This document shows positions 13,282-25,392 of a DNA stretch of 64,000 bases, piece after piece. Within the stretch, counting starts at the first letter, position 1. Every line of letters begins with the position of its first letter. Source of the stretch: Somniosus microcephalus. Lineage: Eukaryota. The stretch spans positions 160,828,001 through 160,892,000 of the forward strand of contig CM126206.1 of the NCBI GenBank assembly GCA_052327205.1. Reading direction: 5' to 3'. The notes below the pieces were generated by a model. That model made no database searches. It was given only the letters and a program-made list of their open reading frames with translations, and was not told the origin of the DNA. Made by a program: the position numbers and the translations under genes.

Positions 13282-14386
13282 TTGCTCACAGTCTTGGGGA
13301 CTCTACTTGCAGTCCCCTTCATGCTCAATTATCTTTGGGAGAGGAAGCGGAGGCACCGAAGAAGACAAGAAGATGCGCACAGAGGGAGGAGGAGGAGGAC
13401 GGCCTGGAGGGCTCTCAACAGGAGGCCTTACCCACCTAGGGTCTTCCAAGAGCATTTCTCCTACCTCTACTTAAGCAACGAGCAGTATATTAGGAGGCTA
13501 TGCATCACCAAGGAAGTGGTCACAGAACTCTGCCACCTCCTGCAACCAGACCTGCAGCCTCAGAGCAGGACAACCACAGCTCTTCCAGGGGCCCTCAAGG
13601 TCACCAAGGCCCTCAACGTCTTCACCAGCGGATCCTTCCAGTCTGCAACAAGAGACATAGCTAACATCTTACAGCTCATCATCTATTGCTCCATCTGGGA
13701 GGTCAGAGAGGCTCTCTACACCAGGAGAAGGGATTACGTTGTCTTCTCTCTGAACAGAGAGAAGCAGAAGGAGCACGCATGTGGCTTTGCCAGGACAGTG
13801 GGCTTCCTTATGCAGCCGGGCGCCATCGGCTGCACACACGTGGATTTGCAGGTGCCGTATGCCAACCCTGAGATCTTCCGTAACTGCAAAGGTTACCAGT
13901 CACTTACTGTGCAGTTGTTGTTTGACCACGCCCAGCGCATATTGATGTTCAATGCCCGTTATCCTGGCAGCAGTCATGATTCCTTCATCCTGCGTCAGTT
14001 TTGCTAGCAATCTTCCAGCCATCATGTCAAACCCGAGAACGGCTGCTCGGAGACAAGGGCTATCCACACTGCACCAGCTGATGACTCCCCTCTGCAGCTC
14101 CAACACTCCTGCCCAACACTCATATAATGAGAGCCATGTTGCTGCCACCAGGAACATCATCGAGCAGACCATCGAACTGCTGAAGCAAGCGTTCTGCTGC
14201 TTTGACCACTCGGGAGGAGCCCTCCAGTACTCGCCAGAGAAGGTATCCCATTTTGTGGTTGTCTGCTGCATGCTTCATAACATGGCCAACATGAGGCCAC
14301 AGCCCTTGACAGCAGGGATTGTGGGACCACCTCAGGAGGAGGAGGAGGGAGAGGAGGAGGAGCAGGAGGAGGAGGAAGAGGAGTAA
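13282..14386 (+). pseudogene. Harbinger DDE transposase (HARBI1-like), disrupted
   Basis: Motifs 'GAIGCTHV' (the first catalytic D reads G), 'RNCKGYQSL', 'ARYPGSSHDSFIL', 'LGDKGY' and 'YNESH..TRNIIEQTIELLK..F'. There is a stop at 14005-14007 and a frameshift. Confidence 0.9.
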
Positions 14387-15509
14387 AAGGAAGAGGAGGA
14401 GGATGAGGAGGAAGGCAGCAAACCCCCCTACTGGTCGGGCTGTCCGTGAATGCCTCTGATTACAATGAATGAAACCCCAAATCCCTGTTGCAAACCACAT
14501 CCCCATCAACCACAGCCCCATCATACCATTCCTTTGTCACGGAACATAACAGCGTCCTCATGGGCACAAAGCTGAAAAGAGAGTCACCAGAAAACAAAAA
14601 TTCAATTAACAGTACAACATCAACTAATCACCCTTGTGAAATCCCTTAGTGCCTGTTGATCATGTGCTTTTTCCTACTCTAGTGCTCCTACGCAGTGCTC
14701 CCCCTGTGGCTGCAGCATGGCTGGTGGAAGGATGCTGAGTTTCCATGGGGGAGACTACAGATGGTCTTGCAGCATGACCTTGACCAGCTTTGGACCTAGA
14801 AGGCCCAGCTGTAGACTGCACCACCTCAGCATGGGCGGCAGCTGACAGGCAGAGGCAGAGGCAAAGGCAGTGGCCGAGTGGCAGTCGTGCGAGTAGGTAT
14901 ACTGTCACCTAGAGAGAGGGGAGCAGGTTCCTGCTCCACAGACCCACTGCCACTTCTCCATGGTGGCACCTCAGCATTCCTAGCAATCTGTTAGAGGGCA
15001 TATTGCTGGCCTGCTGCCACACCCTGAAAGCCCCTTTCGAGCCTCGCAATCCCAGCCATGATGGCAGCAGTCTGAGCTTCCACTGCAGCAGTGAGACATT
15101 GGGCCGCTTCCGCCTGTGCTGCAATGGAAGCCACAACATCGCCCATCACACACAGCATCATGGCTGAGTCCACAAGGCCTCTCCTGGAGTTATCCATCAT
15201 TTCCAGCCTGGAAATCATGGGATCCAAGCTCTGCGCAAAGCCCCATCCAATGTTGGAGCCAGAGTCTCTATGCTCCTCGACAGTGACAAGAGGCTCTCTG
15301 GTAGGCTTGCCATTGCACCAAGGATTTCCGTGTGCTTACCAATCACCCTTCTTCTGAAAGCCGCCCATTGAGGTCATCATCTGAGTCATGTGCAGCAGAA
15401 CTCATGCGTGAGCTCTGGGAGCTGGCCCCCGAGCTACCTTTTCCCCCTGGCTTTGCTGCAGCACACTCATGCCCAGTACCTCACTGTGTGCAGATCCCAC
15501 ATCTATACT

Positions 15510-17825
15510 TTTTTAAATATTTGTTCATGGGATGTGGGCGTCGCTGGCAAAGCCAGCATATTGCCCATGCGAAGGTGGTGGTGAGCTGCCTTCTTGAACT
15601 GCTGCAGTCATGTGGTGAAGGTACTCCCACAGTGCTGTTAGGGAGGAATTTCAAGGATTTTGACCCAGCGATGATATAATTCCAAGTCAGGATGGTGTGT
15701 GACTTGGAGGGGAACTTGGAGGTGATGGTGTTCTCATGCGCCTCTTGCCCCTGTCATTCTAGGTGGAAGAGGTCGCAGGTTTGGGAGGTGCTGCCGAAGA
15801 AGCCTTGGTGAGTTGCTGCAGTGCATCTTGTAGATTGTACACACTGCAGCCATGGTACGCTGGTGGTAGATGTCAAGGGCAGTCACTCTCACTTCACCTC
15901 TGGAATTCAGCTCCTTTGTCCATGTTTGGACCAAGGCTGTAATGAGGTCGGGAGCCGAGTGCTCTTGGCGGAACCCAAACTGAGCATCAGTGAGCAGTTT
16001 ATTGGTGAGTAAGTGCCGTTTGATAGCACTGTCGATGACACCTTCCATCACTTTGCTGATGATTGAGAGTAGACTGATGGGACGGTAATTGGGCTGCTGC
16101 AGAGCTTTGATCTGATCTGTTGATTGTGGGATCGCTTAGCCCTGTCTATAGCATGCATGTAGTCCTGTGTTGCAGCTTCCCCAGGTTGGCACCTCATTTT
16201 TAGGTATGCCCGGTGCTGCTCCTGGCATGCTCTTCTACACTCCTTATTGAACCAGGGTTGTTCCCCTGGCTTGATAGTAATAGTAGAGTCAGGGATATGC
16301 CAGGCCATGAGGTTACAGATTGTGGTGAAATACAATTCTGTTGCTGCTAATGGCCCACAGCACCTCATGGATGCCCAGTTTTGAGCTGCTAGATCTGTTC
16401 TGAATCCATCCCATTTAGCACAGTGGTAGTGCCACACAACACGATGGAGGGTGTCCTCAGTGTGAAGACGGGACTTTGTCTCCGCAATGACTGTGCGGTG
16501 GTCACTGCTACCATTACTGTCATGGACAGATGCATCTGCGACAGGGAGATTGGTGAGGACGAGGTCAAGTAGGTTTTTCCCCTCACCATCTGTCGCAGGC
16601 CCAGACTGGCAGCTATGGGCCTTCAGGACTCGGCCAGCAGTGGTGCTACCGAGCCACTCTTGGTGATGGACTTTGAATTCCCCCCAGTACATTCTGTGCC
16701 CTTGCTACTCTCAGCACTTCTTCCAAGTCGTGTTCAACATGGAGGAGTACTGATTCATCATCTGAGGGAGGGCGGTAGGTGGTAATCAGCAGGAGGTTTC
16801 CTTGTCCACACTTGACCTGAAGCCAAGAGATTTCCTGGGGTCCAGAGTCAAAGTTGAGAACTCCCAGGGCCACTCACAATTCACAATTCACAATTCAAAT
16901 CGCTTTATTGGCATGATAAGTTACATCTTATGTTGCCAAAGCATCAAAATACATTTATGGTTTAGCACATAAACGCAGTTCTATTCATACAGTGTATAAA
17001 CAGGTATATCCCTGAGTGTATAAATATACATTCGCATTGTTTATATATATTCTTTTCTTAGTTTACTGGTTGTCCCTCTGTTCATGACTCCTTCCTGACT
17101 GTAAAGCACTGTGCTGCCGGTGGGACAGGACAACTCAAGGATGGTGATGGAGGAGCTTGGGACATTGGCTGAAAGGTATGATTCTGTGAGTATGACTATG
17201 CCAGGCTGTTGCTTGACTAGTCTGTGGGACAGCTCTCCCAAATTTGGCGCAAGTCCCCAGCTGTTGGTGAGGAGGGTTTTGCAGGGTCGACTGGGCTGGG
17301 TGTGCCATTGCCGTGTCTATGTCGAGTATTCCATCCGGTTTCATTCTTATTATTGTTTCATAGCGTTTTATTACAACTGAGTGGCTTGCCATTTCAGAGC
17401 GCAGTTAAGAGAACCAGATTGCTGTGGGTCTGGAGTCACATATATGCCAGACCAGGTAAGGACAGCAGATTTCCTTCCCTAAAGGGCATTAGTGAACCAG
17501 ATGGGTCCGATAAATTCATGGTTACCAGCTTCTTAATTCCAGATTTATTTAATTAACTGAATTTAAATTCCCCAGCTGCCATGGTGGGATTTGAACTCAC
17601 GTCTCTGGAGCATTAGTCCAGGACCTCTGAATTACTAGCCCAATGACATTACCACTGTGCTACCGTTCTGGTCAATGGTGAGCCCCCCAGGATGTTGATG
17701 GTGGGGGATTCAGCGATGGTTATGTTGTTGAATGTCAAGGGGCGGTGGTTAGACTCTCGCTTGTTGGAGATAGTCATTGCCTAGCACTTGTGTGGCACGA
17801 ATGTTACCTGCCACTTATCAGCACT
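15510..17825 (-). mobile_element. Rearranged LINE (CR1/L2-group): tRNA-like 5' head, AP-endonuclease, RT remnant with internal deletion, 3' UTR
   Basis: Motifs 'IVILTESYL', 'TYRPPS', 'LLDLVLTN', 'SSDH' and 'QFGFRQEHS'. The deletion junction is near 15867. Confidence 0.85.
16874..17075 (-). mobile_element. Short non-LTR retroelement 3' end inserted in the LINE
   Basis: (TCACAAT)3 tail next to CGCTTTATTGGCATGA (AATAAA on the minus strand). It interrupts the endonuclease reading frame. Confidence 0.6.
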
Positions 17826-20800
17826 TATACTACCCTCCATATCCCGTGCAGTGCCAATTTCTGAGCTGGTGTCTGCGAGTGTCAGATGCAGTGACAGTGT
17901 GGCTTATTCTTCATCTCCGCTCTCTTCCGTGACTTCAGGTACAGGCTGTGCTGGTGGCACTAATTGGTTATCTGAAAGCAGCAAGGCACATGAGTTGGGT
18001 TGTGGTGAGGGGAGTGGAGGGAAAGCAAGATATCCATTCATATACCATCAGCAGCTTGTAAGTGAGAAGAGATTGTGGGATGAGGGGGAAGTGCGATGTG
18101 AGAAGAAGGATTAGGAATGAGCAGACCGTTATTGTCCCCGAGGGCTTCAACTTCACCCATTGCCACGGCCTCGGTGACTTCCCCTCCAATGATGTTGAGC
18201 ACGGAGTCCTCCAGTTGGCTCAAGGCCTGTAAAGCGGCTTGGCCGCCTCCCGCCTGCCACTGCTCACGGTGGTTGTGAGCAACCTTGGCCTGCAAGAGAA
18301 AGGGAAGTGTGTCAGTGAGTGTGGGTGATGTGCTTGGGTGATATGCCTGCCATAGTTGAATAGCTGGCAGTGTGTACAAGGTGTGAGATGTGGTTGTGAG
18401 TGTTGCAGCAATGCTAAGGTTGTAAGGGTGAAGTGAAGCTGTGATTGTGAAATGTGAGTGGTGATAGGTAGAGATTGTTGGTAGGTGAGTGATGGTGGCG
18501 TGGTGCATTGAACAGTGTGTGAGGCTTGTGGTGCAGATGGTGGGATATGGCATTTGCTGAAGCCTTCACTCACCTTGACTTGCCGTGTGAGGTCATTAAA
18601 GTTCTTACGGCACTGGATTCATGTCCGCGGTATGACAATGTTGGCCGTGATGTACGCAGCTATCTCTTGCCAGAGCCTGCAGGAAGTGTGCTTCGATGGC
18701 TTCCTGCCACCCTGTGGGAACAGGACACCCTGCCATCTCTCCACTGCCACAACAATGTCTCGAAAGCTGCATCTGAGAAACTTCTGGCTCATTCTCTGTA
18801 TTGCTGCTGAGTCATTTGTTCAAACTCCAATGACAATGAGGTGCTGCTGCATCAAAGTACCTCCCCTTTAATTAGTGTAGAGAGACTAGGCTAAACATTA
18901 CTGGCCATTAGACTGCACCCGATATTGGCCTACATGTCGAGCGCTAAGCCAACCAGCAGTGCGTTTATCACTGAGATCAGCGCTCCACGGGCTCGATTTT
19001 AATAGCCCTGAGGAGGCAGGTTTGGAGGCGGGTCTGCAGCAAAAATTGGAAAAAGTGGCTTCAGACACCCAACCCACCTCCATCCCGCCCCACCCGATTT
19101 TCGTGAGTGTCGGGTCAGCCGTTCCCAAACTGACCCGACTGGAACTGGTGGGACAGGTAGTTAAGGCAGTTAACAGTCTGTTAACTGTCTTGCTAATCCT
19201 ATTTTTATGGTGGTTTCCCATTTTCGTGCTTCTGGCTCCTGTTTACCGACTTGTCAGAAACAGGCAGCTTCAAGGAGATGAGTTGCTGGAGGACATGATT
19301 TGTATACATTGGTGCAGCACTTTAAAAGTGCTCCTGAAACATGGCTGATATTCAAATACAACAACTTTGCTGTTGTAGGCTTGGGATAAAATTTTGCAAA
19401 TCTACTGGCCTTGTGACTGTTCAAGCTGACACCCGTCTGCAGTGTGACCTGAATGGAATCATTTCAGGCCACTTCGACTGTGCGTTTGCAAGCTTGTTGC
19501 CTCAAATGAAATCTATAGCAAGGGGATGGGAAAAATTTATGTCCTCTCATCCTGGTCCTCATAATCGGAGGAGCACCATTGCGGGGCTCAGCGCAGATCT
19601 TCCTCGGAAGAGGAGGAGGAGGAGGACGAGGAAGAAGAGGAGGAGGAGGAGGGGCGCCTTGCCTGCCCTCCAGTTCACTGCTGCGGTCAATGCACACTGC
19701 CATGCCACATTTGCATAAGCTTACTTCTGGGATGGCCCCAGAAGCACAGCGTCTGCATGCAGCTCAGCAAAGTTAGGAGATTGCTGCGACCTCCACCGAG
19801 GACTCTCCACTGCTGTCGCTGTCTCCACAATCTGCTGATGCTTACTTGTGCGCTGTGATAGTGTAGGGGGTGGTGTGGTTGGCGCGTGCGCCCAGTCAGT
19901 TATGCCCCTGACTGTTGTGAGCAGTTCGAATCGTTCCTACGCCCCTGGGTTCCAGACACCGGGCTTAGGTACAGGCGGCGATACAGAAAAGACTCGAGTA
20001 GACAGGTGGTTTGGATATAAGAAAACCAAGATTTAATTGAAATAGAAGTTAAGCTATGAGAAGTTACCAGTATAGAATTACAGGCAAATACAAAATAACT
20101 ACTTATACAGGGAATGGGGAACACACGGCACATCGAGGGAAAACAACTATATTAACAATCCCCTTATCCTTATCCCACCCCCTATACCTAACTAGATTAA
20201 GCTATGAGGGGCCAGAATTCATGCTCACCAATCCAAAATCTGCTGAGCTCAAACAACGTTGGGGCTTGGGGTTCGCTCTTTGTGCTCGCTGAGGCCTGCC
20301 GTCATCACATGGTCTCAGGGCGCTCCATGGGCGTCGTCCAGGCAAAAGTACCCAAAGATTAAAGTCTTTGCTTGGGTACTTTGTCTTGCAGGGATGATGG
20401 TTCCTCTTCCTCGGGCAGCAGTTGGAGTTTGCATGAAGATAGTCGTAGGTCGGCTGAATTGAAGGCCTGATTATTCGAAGCGTTCTTCAATCGTCTCCCA
20501 GTTTGTCTCATCTCATCACACCTCACCTCACCTTGCCTCGTCTCGTCCCGCGTCGCCTGGCCTGGTTTGCCCGTGTTCGCCTGGTGCAATACCGGGCGTT
20601 CCTGATGGGGTGGGGAAAGACACGGGCAGTGGCCAGGCGGCAAGCGCGGGAGGGGGAAAAAGGAGCAGCAGCCACGAGGGCAAGAAGCAGGAGCAAGAGA
20701 GCGTCGGTTGTCAGTGGGCCTACAATTATATTCCTTCGGATGGCCCTTATCTGCGCGCCAAATCAGGTTAGTTCATTGTCCCAACCTTGGTGGGCTAGTT

Positions 20801-21050
20801 TAAATAATTGTAGCAATCTAAACTAACTGTTTTTAGATGGCCGTTGATCACACCTACTGGCCTGATGTCTGAGCTGTATTGTTATTAATGCATCTTAATC
20901 GGCCTGTCCAGCCTCGATGGCTTCTTAAGCTGTTTCCAATTATTTATGCAAACAACTTGATGGCTTCAAGTATAGGCCTAACTGGTTTTGGTCTGTCTAC
21001 GATTTGGCTTAATGCATATTCAGAGTTCTGTCTGCTTTCCAAAATACAAA

Positions 21051-22929
21051 GGCCCCGATTTTTGGCTTGTTTGGGAAATGGTCGGGTTTCCCCGAATGTG
21101 GGGTTTCTGACACACATAAAAAAGTGTCAGCCAGCTCCACGCAATGTTCCCTCAATTGGCCAATTAATTCCCAGCATGTGGGAAGCCTTACTAATTGTTC
21201 AATTCGAGTCAGAAATCCCCACAGTATGATGTCATAATTCGTGGTGCTTTCAAGGTCCAAAGCAAGCACTGCATCCTCTGAAGGCTTCCAAACGAACCAT
21301 ACAGGATGGCAGAGGAGCCTGCAGCAGCTGTGGCCAATGCCAGACCCCGAGCTGCCTTCAAATTCGATGAGGCTTCACTGCAGGCATTATTGGATGGGGT
21401 TAGGGCCCACAGGGAGGTCCTCTTCCCTAGGTCAGGGAGGAAGAGGCCTCCCACTGAGACCAATGCTGCATGGATGCAGGTGTCAGCAGGTGCCAACTCG
21501 CTGGGAGTCACCAGAAGAACCTTGGCATTACATCTCTAACTCCTTCCTTTACTCCCCCACAGTACCATCCAGAGCCCCCGTCCTCACTGTGGAGGAGGAA
21601 GAGGCTGTGCAGCCAAACTCCTCAGAGGAAGCTCCAACCTCTGTGGGCACAGCGTCAACAGAAGTAAGCGCACCCAGCACCAGCGCAGATACTCACACCT
21701 CGGGGAGACCTTCGGGACATAGAGTAGTGTTGTCACCTGGTGTTTCACAGCTCACAAGTGAGCCTCAGCAGATTCTGGAGACAGGGACAGCAGTGGAGAG
21801 TCCTCGTCGAAGGGCGCAGGACTCTGCCAGCTCAGCTCAGCTGCACTGCATGTCGACCCTCTGCCTCTGGGTCCATCCGCAAGAGAAGAGGTGATGGATC
21901 TCCATGCACAGATGCAGGAGTCTCTGGCAGGTTTTGTCTCCAGGGTCGCTGCGAGTGTGGAGCCAATGGAAGAGTCCATAGCGACCATGAGCAGAGCATT
22001 TGTGGAGTCATTGGCACATGAACGCATCACCATGGAAAGGTTGGCAACCTCCATGCAGGAGATAACTTGCCAGGGTACGGAAAACATGGTGAGTGCTCAT
22101 AAGAGAATGACATCTCTTGAGGAGCGTTGGCCATCTGTTGAACAGAGAAACCAGATCTTCATGGAAGTCCTTCTGAGTAGGACTGCCAGTGCAGAAACGG
22201 GTCCCCATGGCCCCCTAAAGCGCAGCAAGGTGCTCTCAAGCCACTTCCAAGCGCTGGCCCCTTCTGGCCTGTGCAGCTTCAGGTGAGTGAGCAGCAGCCT
22301 GGTGCTCCTGGTGCTCATCCTGCTGTTCCTGGTTCTGCTGCTGCCACCTCTGCTGCTGGAGATCCTGTAATGGCAAGAAGGGAAGGAAGAAAAGGCGTCC
22401 CATGCTTCTGGTAGATGCCTCCGCTGAGGGGGCGCTGAGTGAGGGTGGCGAGAGGGGCTTCCCAGGAGATTGCATTGGAGAAGTGTGTGAGGCTCCAACC
22501 TTCCACAGCTGTGCCTAAGCCTTGAAGAAGTAGCCCCAAACCTGCAACAAGGTCCTTCAACATACAAGTGCTGTCCCTTTAAATCGCAGCTTCTCCGATT
22601 GACCTGCAGTTGACAGCAAGCAAGCAGGCAAGCTTCACGCCAGGTCTCAGCAGCGGGGTTCCCCGCAGGCGTGTTTCACGTGGGGAAAGCCCCAAATTCA
22701 CAGCGGCTCCACAAAATCGACTTCAACAAGCCGATTATTGGTAATTAGTGTGCCGACGACCAGTCCTGCCAGCGGCGGCCGGGACTGAAGTGGGGCGCGG
22801 GGAAACGGCGGTCCGAAAGTTGGACGGGGCGGGGAATCAGGCTGGGGGGGGTCCCGACCCGCTTTTTCGCTGATTTTCGGCCCCCGGCCGCCTGAAAAGC
22901 CGCCCGACGGTGGCCAGAAAATTGACCCC
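21051..22929. mobile_element. Non-autonomous Harbinger (copy B) inserted in the solo LTR
   Basis: AAA|GGCCCCGATTTT ... AAAATTGACCCC|AAA. Myb/SANT start 'AAFKFDEASLQALLDGVRAHREVLFP..ETNAAWMQVS' on +, and a transposase stub on -. Confidence 0.85.
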
Positions 22930-23224
22930 AAAGTCTTTCTTCACAGAAACTGCATTTTAGGTTTCGATTTCCCCAAAAGCTGTTTGTGCCACAGAGTCCA
23001 AGCTTTTAAAATCTTGCAGGCTTTCTGCCACGAGGTGCGGACGCCATCTTTGGGTACCCTTTTTTAAAATGTCCATGCAGGGTCCCTGTTATTAATAACT
23101 AGCTGGCGTGCCCGGCGGTGCCGAGGGTTTTTTGAGGGCATGTTGTTATGAGAAAAGTAGAAATAATTTTTATCTATATATATCAACGAGTCTGTCCGTC
23201 TGTCCATCTGTCTGTCTGTCTGTG

Positions 23225-24770
23225 TGGGGGAAGGAGAGAGAGAGAGTGGGAAGGAGAGAGAGAGAGAGAGGGAAGGAGAGAGAGAGAGAGAGAGGGGGAA
23301 GGAGAGAGAGAAAGAGGGGGGAAGGAGAGAGAGAGGGGGGGAAGGAGAGAGAGAGTGGNNNNNNNNNNNNNNNNNNNNNNNNNNNNNNNNNNNNNNNNNN
23401 NNNNNNNNNNNNNNNNNNNNNNNNNNNNNNNNNNNNNNNNNNNNNNNNNNNNNNNNNNNNNNNNNNNNNNNNNNNNNNNNNNNNNNNNNNNNNNNNNNNN
23501 NNNNNNNNNNNNNNNNNNNNNNNNNNNNNNNNNNNNNNNNNNNNNNNNNNNNNNNNNNNNNNNNNNNNNNNNNNNNNNNNNNNNNNNNNNNNNNNNNNNN
23601 NNNNNNNNNNNNNNNNNNNNNNNNNNNNNNNNNNNNNNNNNNNNNNNNNNNNNNNNNNNNNNNNNNNNNNNNNNNNNNNNNNNNNNNNNNNNNNNNNNNN
23701 NNNNNNNNNNNNNNNNNNNNNNNNNNNNNNAGAGGGTGGNNNNNNNNNNNNNNNNNNNNNNNNNNNNNNNNNNNNNNNNNNNNNNNNNNNNNNNNNNNNN
23801 NNNNNNNNNNNNNNNNNNNNNNNNNNNNNNNNNNNNNNNNNNNNNNNNNNNNNNNNNNNNNNNNNNNNNNNNNNNNNNNNNNNNNNNNNNNNNNNNNNNN
23901 NNNNGAGAGAGAGAGGGGGAAGGAGAGTGAGAGAGAGAGGGGGGAAGGAGAGAGAGAGAGAGAGGGGGAAGGAGAGAGAGAGAGAGAGGGGGGAAGGAGA
24001 GTGAGAGAGAGAGGGGGGAAGGAGAGAGAGAGGGGGGAAGGAGAGAGAGAGAGAGAGAGAGGGAAGGAGAGAGAGAGAGAGAGATGGGGAAGGAGAGAGA
24101 GAGAGAGAGGGGGGAAGGAGAGAGAGAGAGGGGGGAAGGNNNNNNNNNNNNNNNNNNNNNNNNNNNNNNNNNNNNNNNNNNNNNNNNNNNNNNNNNNNNN
24201 NNNNNNNNNNNNNNNNNNNNNNNNNNNNNNNNNNNNNNNNNNNNNNNNNNNNNNNNNNNNNNNNNNNNNNNNNNNNNNNNNNNNNNNNNNNNNNNNNNNN
24301 NNNNNNNNNNNNNNNNNNNNNNNNNNNNNNNNNNNNNNNNNNNNNNNNNNNNNNGAGGGGGGGGGAAGGAGAGAGAGAGCCGCCGCTCCTCCGGTCGATG
24401 TGTTGCGGGCCGATCCCTGATGAGCGCCCGATCCGCTGAGCTGGAGCCCTTGCCGTTGCTCCCCTGCTCGCTGTCTCTCGGGCCGTATGGTTCTCTGTTT
24501 TCCCGCACAGCCAGCCAGAGGGAAGAAAAACAAAAGAGATGAAGAGAGACGCGACTGAGTGAACGATCTAATTTAAAGCATCCTCTCCCCCGCTAAAAGG
24601 TGAGAGCCGGAGGGAGATTTTGCGGGTGAAGAAGGGCGGACGCCATTTAATTTCCCACCTGGGGAAGGGCTTGGAAAATTGAGCCCGGCCGCGGTGGCCG
24701 TGCGAGGCCTAGCGCTTCAGGCCCGGCCGGGCTCTCGGGCCGCGACTTACCTCAGCTGAGCTCCCGCTTC

Positions 24771-24814
<44 letters not shown>

Positions 24815-24976
24815 GAAGGAGAGAGAGTGAGAGAGAGGGGGGGAAGGACTTAGAGGCATGCCGCGGTGACCATGCGCGGCCTAGCGCTTCAGGCCCGGCC
24901 GGGCTCTCGGGCCACGACTCATCTCAGCTGAGCTCCCGCTTCGGGAGAGAGAGAGAGAGAGAGAAAGGGGGGGAAG

Positions 24977-25007
<31 letters not shown>

Positions 25008-25030
25008 AAGGAGAGAGAGAGAGAGAGAAA
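23225..25030. repeat. (GGGGAAGGAGAGAGAG)n minisatellite with assembly gaps, plus a GC-rich unit of about 80 bp repeated at about 24700, 24875 and 25087/30128
   Basis: Directly visible, including three N-runs. The third GC-rich unit is split by Gypsy 1. Confidence 0.95.
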
Positions 25031-25392
25031 TTCCTGAATCAATACTAATGAATCAACAATTTCCTCACCTCCATTACCATTTTTTTAGCTTCAGGCCCAG
25101 CTGGTCTTTAATGGCCGCTGTTGTGTCCTTGTGTTGATAGAGACACTGAAGATAGGAGTTGGTTTCACATGTGTTTACTAAACAAAGTCTGGAGGGGAAC
25201 TAACTGATACAACACAATATACAGGCTTATATATCCCGAGTGGCCATTACCGGCATTACAGTACACATGGGGCTCTTAAAGGCACATACACTACAATTCC
25301 TCCCCTTTTAGCCAACCAGTACATAATATTTTAAGTAATCATTAATTACATGTTACAAGAAAAATAATCTACACCTTGCGGCAGTTAATTAA

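Larger units (their letters stand above)
14640..18815 (-). pseudogene. Harbinger Myb/SANT-like DNA-binding gene, multi-exon, split by a LINE
   Basis: Exon 1 is at about 18570-18815, and exon 2 reads 'AKVAHNHREQWQAGGG...LSQLEDSVLNIIG'. The last exon has a coiled-coil-like Ala/Met-rich stretch ending 'ALRRSTRVGKST'. Confidence 0.65.

Noticed and set aside
13282-14386. Domesticated host HARBI1 gene
   Set aside because: It has a stop, a frameshift and a substituted catalytic Asp, and it lies within TIRs next to a Myb partner gene.
23064-24542. ORFs of 150-490 aa
   Set aside because: GA repeats and N-runs, not coding.
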